A stretch of 64,000 bases of DNA from a virus. Numbering within the stretch: the first letter of the stretch is position 1; every line of letters starts with the position of its first letter. The notes beneath the pieces were generated by a model. That model had not been told where the DNA came from. It was given only the letters and a program-made list of their open reading frames with translations, and searched no databases. The stretch spans positions 1-64,000 of the IMG/VR virus record IMGVR_UViG_3300002307_002134. One strand, 5' to 3'. Positions 58,070 to 64,000 of the stretch are shown piece after piece. Position numbers and translations under genes: made by a program.

Positions 58070-58885
58070 TTAAATTATTATCATTTCTTTTGTGTATAAA
58101 TCGGTTAGGTCGTGTTGCATTTTTTCACCAAACCAATTTTTAGGTGCTATTATTTTTTTTGTTTTATTTTTAGATAGATAACTGCTCCACCAGCTGAATG
58201 AACTATTTGATATTATATGATGCTGACATAAAGATAGCGTTACAAAATCAATATACGGTGATTTACTATCAATTACAGTAAAATTATTTTTATCGTTCCA
58301 AATCCCTTTACACCATTCAATATCATCTGAAGAGATAATGTAATGAAAATTGCCGTTAAGTTCTTCGATTGCTTTTTCAACATAATCAATTCCATTCAAT
58401 GAATGGAACCCTTCTAAGTATAAATAATCACCTCTTCTAATATGAATGCTAACTAATTCTTTATCTGTTTTAGGTAAAAGATTATTTGCTTTATCAATAA
58501 GTTCTTGTTTTATTTTAAGAGTGTTAATTATTTTTTCTTTACAGTGTTCAAAATATTTTTCACTTTGTAAATAACCATCAATATTAGTCATATCAGTAAT
58601 TTCAAATAATTCTTTATCAAAATGAAAGAATCTTTCTCTTTTTGTTTTATTGATTAAAATATTATTTGAAAAATATTTTTTATCAATGTCAAAACAATCT
58701 AACAAATCAAACCTAGCGTTAAACGCCACGCCATTAGCGTTTATTTGAACTATTGAATTTATTATATTAAAGTTTGGAAATAAAACATCGTAACCAAGTT
58801 TTTCACCAATACCTATAGTACCAGCAAATTGAAAAATTTGATTTCCGAATCTACCGTTATAACCTATATTTTGATATGTTATCAT
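58070..58885 (-). CDS. GT11 alpha-1,2-fucosyltransferase
   Basis: GRFGNQIFQ, GYLQSEKYF, HIRRGDY, SNSSFSWW. Confidence 0.88.
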   Translation of the reverse strand: MITYQNIGYNGRFGNQIFQFAGTIGIGEKLGYDVLFPNFNIINSIVQINANGVAFNARFDLLDCFDIDKKYFSNNILINKTKRERFFHFDKELFEITDMTNIDGYLQSEKYFEHCKEKIINTLKIKQELIDKANNLLPKTDKELVSIHIRRGDYLYLEGFHSLNGIDYVEKAIEELNGNFHYIISSDDIEWCKGIWNDKNNFTVIDSKSPYIDFVTLSLCQHHIISNSSFSWWSSYLSKNKTKKIIAPKNWFGEKMQHDLTDLYTKEMIII

Positions 58886-58889
58886 TAAA

Positions 58890-59603
58890 TTATAATTTTA
58901 AATATCTTTGTTTATTTCTAATTTTTATTGCTATATCGTTGACCAAAGTTAAATCTACTTTGTGGTCATTTAAAGGATTTTCTTCATTATAAATATAATT
59001 TATCTCTTCCATAAAATAATATCTTTCTTCACCAGCCATTTCAAGCATAGGAAACATAAAAGATAAATCACCAGTTACTTTCCAATAAATACCCGTTTCA
59101 TCTTTTAAATCTTCTTGATTTATTTTTCTCCATAAAAAAGCCCTCCAAGTTCTTATATGTGAAGCCGTGAATCTAGAGCCTCTTAAATTACCAAAGTTGG
59201 TTTGTTTGGAGGAAAATCCAATAGTTCCGTTTGAGTAACGAAAACTACCATTAGCTATCCAAATATTTGGGTTTGAATAGACTTTGTTAATCCTAGATAA
59301 TGTGTTGGCATCTGGTAACCAATCATCACCATCGACCTCTACTATTATTTCATCATTAGATATTTTATCATTGTTTCTAATTACTTGGTCGTAATTACCT
59401 GGTTGATAAAATTTTGTTTTGTTTTCAACAAGTATAAATCTATTATCACCTTGAATCATTTGTTTTACAACTTCTACAGTATTATCTGTTGACATGTCAT
59501 CAGTAATATAGCATGTAAAATCATCAAATGTTTGACCCATAAGTGAACCGATACATTTTTCAATATAGTTAACACAATTATATGCAGTCGTAACTATTAC
59601 CAT
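58890..59603 (-). CDS. GT2-family glycosyltransferase
   Basis: DDMSTDNT, VDGDDWL. Confidence 0.82.
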   Translation of the reverse strand: MVIVTTAYNCVNYIEKCIGSLMGQTFDDFTCYITDDMSTDNTVEVVKQMIQGDNRFILVENKTKFYQPGNYDQVIRNNDKISNDEIIVEVDGDDWLPDANTLSRINKVYSNPNIWIANGSFRYSNGTIGFSSKQTNFGNLRGSRFTASHIRTWRAFLWRKINQEDLKDETGIYWKVTGDLSFMFPMLEMAGEERYYFMEEINYIYNEENPLNDHKVDLTLVNDIAIKIRNKQRYLKL

Positions 59604-60352
59604 TAGCTTAAAATTTTTAATCTACTATTAAGGTATCCGTTATAATCTTTTTTTTGTTCTTCTTCATTCATAAGATAGTAAAGACCTAACCCTCTTTCTT
59701 TATTAAAATTACTTAATCTTTCACCCCTTATTTTTTGTTTTAACATGTGGTCCTTCAAACCTAGAAATTTATAGTGTAGCATTTTTAAACTAGTGTCATT
59801 TGACACCATTATATTCCCTATTGGGTTGGCAGTATGGCATCCGAAATTGTAATTTATATTTGAAATAGCATTACAATCAAACATCATAAATTTATCTAAA
59901 ACATTTGCTCTAACACCTTTTTTTACTTTTTCTAAAATATTATCAGTAGGTGTTAACTCTAAATCTTCATCACCAACCATATGATAACCTTCTGGTTTAA
60001 AAATAGTAACACCCTTTTGTTTCGATTCTTGCAAAAATTCAATCATATTTTCATGGTATAAAAATTCATCACAATCACCAACAATTACATAGTCAGCATA
60101 CCCAACACTAGATTTCCACACGTGATTCTTTAGTTTCAAATAAATACTATCATTTAACTCGTTGTTAGAATCATAAGGAATTATTTCAGCGTTAGGAAAC
60201 GATTGAATAATTTCGCAACTTTTATCTGTTGAATGATTATCCAAAATAATTACTTTCTCACAAAAACTTAAATAATGTTTTAATAAATGAGGTAATATAT
60301 TTTCTTCATTAAAACAAATAAAAAAAGCATGTACTATTGGTTTATTTTTCAT
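59603..60352 (-). CDS. GT2-like glycosyltransferase
   Basis: DNHSTDKS, VGDCDEFLY, LHYKFLG. Confidence 0.78.
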   Translation of the reverse strand: MKNKPIVHAFFICFNEENILPHLLKHYLSFCEKVIILDNHSTDKSCEIIQSFPNAEIIPYDSNNELNDSIYLKLKNHVWKSSVGYADYVIVGDCDEFLYHENMIEFLQESKQKGVTIFKPEGYHMVGDEDLELTPTDNILEKVKKGVRANVLDKFMMFDCNAISNINYNFGCHTANPIGNIMVSNDTSLKMLHYKFLGLKDHMLKQKIRGERLSNFNKERGLGLYYLMNEEEQKKDYNGYLNSRLKILS

Positions 60353-61341
60353 TTTTTCTTAGTTTTGTTTTCATATTTTTCATCTAACCCAATCATTCTA
60401 TGTTTTTCCAAAATATCTTCACCATCAACTTTTACAGTTGCCAAAAACTTTATCAAATAATGCCCGTTGTATTCAACAATCTTGTCAAAAGAAGTAATTT
60501 CATAATTATATATTAAAAAATCGTCAGCCCCAGCTGTTTTATACGTTATAAATTCAACTTCTTTTATTTCCAGCATATTTGATGTCAAAGGATTAACCAT
60601 CGCTTTTTTAATTTCTCTAATAAACAAATTAGAATTTTTATTATATTCGTCTGGATAAACGCTAACATAAAATTCTAATAGTTTTGTTCTTTCATCAATT
60701 GTTCTAACATTTAATTTGGTAGTGTAGTCTTCAATGTTAAATTTAGGAGCAAATAATCTTTTTACATTAACGGGTTTTTGTGTCTTATGACTAGCAAAGA
60801 AATCAGTAGAATTGATACCGCCATGTATTGCAATTTTTTCTTCATTTTCTTTTACTTCTTCAGAACCATTATTTACCTCAACAAAGGTAGTTATTTCCTT
60901 TTTTGGTTGATTAAAAGTGTTGATAAAAGAGTTACCTAAAGACTCATTAACGCCCAATGTAATCTCATTATTGTCAACAACCATTTCCAAAGGATATGAA
61001 TCTGTTGGGTCTGTTTTTATTTTACCTAACCCTAATTTTTTATTAACTTTTTTGGTTGTAACTATTGGCATACCATCTTCATCATAACCTACTATTTCAC
61101 AGACTAAATCTTCAGCATGTTTTAATATTTTATATGTCCTCCAACGCAAATCCATTACTTCTTGTGTTATTTCGCCATGAACCAAAGAATCAGCTAATTG
61201 ACCTTGAGAGTGCCTTCTTTCTTGATTAACATCACTACCTAAAGGGGTACCATTCTGGCTAAATGCATTTTTTTCAACATTTGCCATAGCCAAGGAAATA
61301 ATAGCAGCTTGTTTTTTTGCCCAATTTTTTATTTTTTTCAT
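60349..61341 (-). CDS. hypothetical protein
   Basis: ~330-aa ORF within the glycosylation operon. Confidence 0.65.
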   Translation of the reverse strand: MKKIKNWAKKQAAIISLAMANVEKNAFSQNGTPLGSDVNQERRHSQGQLADSLVHGEITQEVMDLRWRTYKILKHAEDLVCEIVGYDEDGMPIVTTKKVNKKLGLGKIKTDPTDSYPLEMVVDNNEITLGVNESLGNSFINTFNQPKKEITTFVEVNNGSEEVKENEEKIAIHGGINSTDFFASHKTQKPVNVKRLFAPKFNIEDYTTKLNVRTIDERTKLLEFYVSVYPDEYNKNSNLFIREIKKAMVNPLTSNMLEIKEVEFITYKTAGADDFLIYNYEITSFDKIVEYNGHYLIKFLATVKVDGEDILEKHRMIGLDEKYENKTKKK

Positions 61342-62126
61342 TAGTTTAATTCCAAAATTTTTAACCATTTTTGTATTATTTCATCATTTGTTAATAAAAC
61401 TGGTGGGTTTTCAGTTGCCTCATTTCCATTAAATATAACACCAGTTGATTCGCACTCATCTTTTACCAAACAGGCTACTTCACTTTTAGAAGAATGATAT
61501 ACACAACCAATCATATCATACATAGATTGTTTATCTTCAATAAAACCTTTTAATATAACTTTTTCACTTAACAAAGGTTTTATATATTTTTCATAATATT
61601 CCCCACGTGGTTCACCAAACAAATAAACTTTTTCACAACCATCAGTCAATGCTCTTTGAATTGATATATGCGTTTGTTTATTTTCATCAAAAGAACCAAT
61701 AACACCAGCTATATTTTTCAAATTTTTTTTATCTCTGACAATAAAGTTTTTTTTTAAATTTGGTATTATTGTAAATTTACCCGTGTATTGATTATGATAA
61801 TCTTTATGTCGTTGATTTAAAAAAACCACTTCGTCCCAAAATTGTTTAATTTTACCAACTTCATATAAATTTTTTTCATGGCAAGATAAAATTACTTTTT
61901 TTGCCGCTGGTCTGCTAGGTAGTTGCAAAAAATGACAAATCAATATATCATCTGGGTTTACAATAAACCCATCATTTAATAATGCAGATTTGCATTTATC
62001 CAAATGCCATTGATGTGGCCCATAAAAAATTGTGTTGTCCCCTCTCTTATTGAATTCATTTGTTAAATCAATAAATGCTGAGGTTGACCCTCCTTTATCT
62101 GAATATCCAGAAACTATTTTTATCAT
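61341..62126 (-). CDS. GT4-like glycosyltransferase
   Basis: N-terminal GGS, IGSFDENK, YHSSKSE. Confidence 0.65.
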   Translation of the reverse strand: MIKIVSGYSDKGGSTSAFIDLTNEFNKRGDNTIFYGPHQWHLDKCKSALLNDGFIVNPDDILICHFLQLPSRPAAKKVILSCHEKNLYEVGKIKQFWDEVVFLNQRHKDYHNQYTGKFTIIPNLKKNFIVRDKKNLKNIAGVIGSFDENKQTHISIQRALTDGCEKVYLFGEPRGEYYEKYIKPLLSEKVILKGFIEDKQSMYDMIGCVYHSSKSEVACLVKDECESTGVIFNGNEATENPPVLLTNDEIIQKWLKILELN

Positions 62127-63316
62127 TATATTACGTCATTATAACCCTTTACTATGTTATCTATATCTATCTTTTGAACTTCACTAATGTCATTTGAAAT
62201 ATCAATAGTTGATTTTACCAAAGGATTGACATCAGTATTAACAAATAAGCTATTTGATGATTTGGTGTTTACTAAAACTGTACCAGCATATAGTTTATTC
62301 ATATGTTCAATTATTTCATCATCAAATATATGTATAATATCGTAATTAAATTCTTTTATTTTATATAAAGTATTTGGTTGTGACGCAACTTGTCCATTTG
62401 GGGTGTTCATAGTCCATTTACCATCACCCAAAGCAAACCCTGGTGGTTGTTGAATTGGTGCTAATTTAATACCATTTTGTTTTGCCGACATCGGCAATCG
62501 ACCATTTACATTTGAACAAATAGTAACATCGTGGTTATTTTTTCTTAATTTGTTTGCCAATTCTAAAATTATTTTGCTCTTAGATGAATTATCATCAAAT
62601 GCCAACGAAGTCATCATGATTTTTAATTTCTCACCTTTTCTCAAAACCTTTTTAATTGATACTGGCAAATTATCTTTGAAACGCTCAGCAAATTGTTGTC
62701 TGTTGTTTTCCCATTCATCATTGGTGATACCGATAGATTTATGGTTTATTCTTATAGTGGTAGTCACACCAATCTTAACACCTTCCAAGTAATTTTCAAA
62801 ACAGAAAGTCACGTCATAGAAATGGAAACCAATAACTTCTTCGTTGAATGATTTTTTGATTTTGGTTTTATTGATTGCAAAAAACACACCATCAACCGTA
62901 ACTGCTTCTTCAATTTCTTGATTCAAATCCTCAGAGTATGTTGATAACCAAGTTTTTCCCTCGTGCGTGTGTGCGACACGGCCATACATTTTCTTAGGGT
63001 TTTCCCACCATCTTCCGCTGGCTGGCATATACTTGGTACCAGCAACACCTAGAATACCATATTCTGGGTGTTTTTCAAACATCTTTAATAGTTTGTTTCC
63101 CCATTGTTTGGTTTCGATGGTGATATCATGGTGCAAAAAAACCACAATATCGTTTGTAGCTTCTTTTAAACCTCTATTATAAATTTCAGTTAAAGAAAAT
63201 TCGCCTTTATTTTCATAACCTAAGAATTCAATTTTTTTATGTAATCCAGATGATTTAATTATTTTATCTTTAAAATCATCAAGTGGATATTGCGATGAAC
63301 ACACAACTGTTATCAT
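62126..63316 (-). CDS. GT2-like glycosyltransferase with a C-terminal GT-B-like domain
   Basis: YNRGL, FLHHDI, GILGVAG, FHFYDV. Confidence 0.75.
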   Translation of the reverse strand: MITVVCSSQYPLDDFKDKIIKSSGLHKKIEFLGYENKGEFSLTEIYNRGLKEATNDIVVFLHHDITIETKQWGNKLLKMFEKHPEYGILGVAGTKYMPASGRWWENPKKMYGRVAHTHEGKTWLSTYSEDLNQEIEEAVTVDGVFFAINKTKIKKSFNEEVIGFHFYDVTFCFENYLEGVKIGVTTTIRINHKSIGITNDEWENNRQQFAERFKDNLPVSIKKVLRKGEKLKIMMTSLAFDDNSSKSKIILELANKLRKNNHDVTICSNVNGRLPMSAKQNGIKLAPIQQPPGFALGDGKWTMNTPNGQVASQPNTLYKIKEFNYDIIHIFDDEIIEHMNKLYAGTVLVNTKSSNSLFVNTDVNPLVKSTIDISNDISEVQKIDIDNIVKGYNDVI

Positions 63317-63921
63317 ATTTTTTTCTTATTTTTTAGCAATCTTATTTTATTATATACTGACTCTAACTTTTTGTTCAACATTTTTGCACATTCAACCCCG
63401 CCAATTTTATTATATTGAGAAATTAAAAACGATTCATCTTGAACAGACCAAAATTTATTAGCTTTGCTTTCAATATAATTTATAACATCATTATATTTTT
63501 TGTATTTCCTAGTAAAACCAATGTTGTCAAAATCAGAATAAATGTAGTCACATATAATTTTAACATGTTGTTTTTTATTAATTCTAAAATGAGAATACCC
63601 ACCTTTTTTAACTAATCTATTATCTATTGAAAAATCAACACCTAATTCAAAACATAATAATTTCATAAAAGACCAATCCTGATTATATGGACCAGTAAAA
63701 ACGACTTCAACACCATATTTTCTACCTAATTTAATACAACCATCCCCATCTAAAAAACCCCTAAACCAATATTTTCTTAATTCATGTGGAATTTCACAAA
63801 TTATTCCATTGGGGGCTGAGTGGCTTTTTTCTAAATAACCATGTCTTTTAAGTATATCAAATAAACCCCAAGTTGTTGTTGATAATTTTTTCTGTGTTTT
63901 AACAACTTTATCTTTGTGCAT
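63313..63921 (-). CDS. LAGLIDADG homing endonuclease (possibly N-truncated)
   Basis: WFRGFLDGDGCI motif; C-terminal HTH-like segment. Confidence 0.75.
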   Translation of the reverse strand: MHKDKVVKTQKKLSTTTWGLFDILKRHGYLEKSHSAPNGIICEIPHELRKYWFRGFLDGDGCIKLGRKYGVEVVFTGPYNQDWSFMKLLCFELGVDFSIDNRLVKKGGYSHFRINKKQHVKIICDYIYSDFDNIGFTRKYKKYNDVINYIESKANKFWSVQDESFLISQYNKIGGVECAKMLNKKLESVYNKIRLLKNKKKI

Positions 63922-64000
63922 TTTTTTTATTTTTCCGCTAATTATCCAATCACCAGTTTCTAAAAAAACTGGTAAAATGTCATTTATATCACTTTCTACA

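Overview
AT-rich window from a large (jumbo/huge) T4-superfamily myophage using the standard genetic code. The host is probably a Bacteroidota: there are TAnnTTTG promoters, no Shine-Dalgarno sequences, and T9SS-type cargo genes. It contains the head module (terL with two LAGLIDADG inteins, portal with a Pro1 class-3-like HNH intein, prohead protease, scaffold, major capsid protein), a gp55-like late sigma factor, baseplate genes, PhoH, GalE and a ~15 kb glycosyltransferase cluster. Gene expression is heavily interrupted. (i) ClpC is fractured at the NBD2 Walker A motif by an atypically split intein (31-aa IntN, 219-aa IntC), with a free-standing Vsr-like endonuclease gene between the halves. 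(ii) thyA is split into two ORFs and also carries a group I intron with a GIY-YIG gene. (iii) Three genes need a -1 shift at T9/A10 runs, including a ~1136-aa modular protein that may be a head-internal polyprotein. There are also two IS200/IS605 insertions and an atypical long-variable-arm tRNA with a GUC anticodon. Family assignments come from motif recognition only; no database searches were run.
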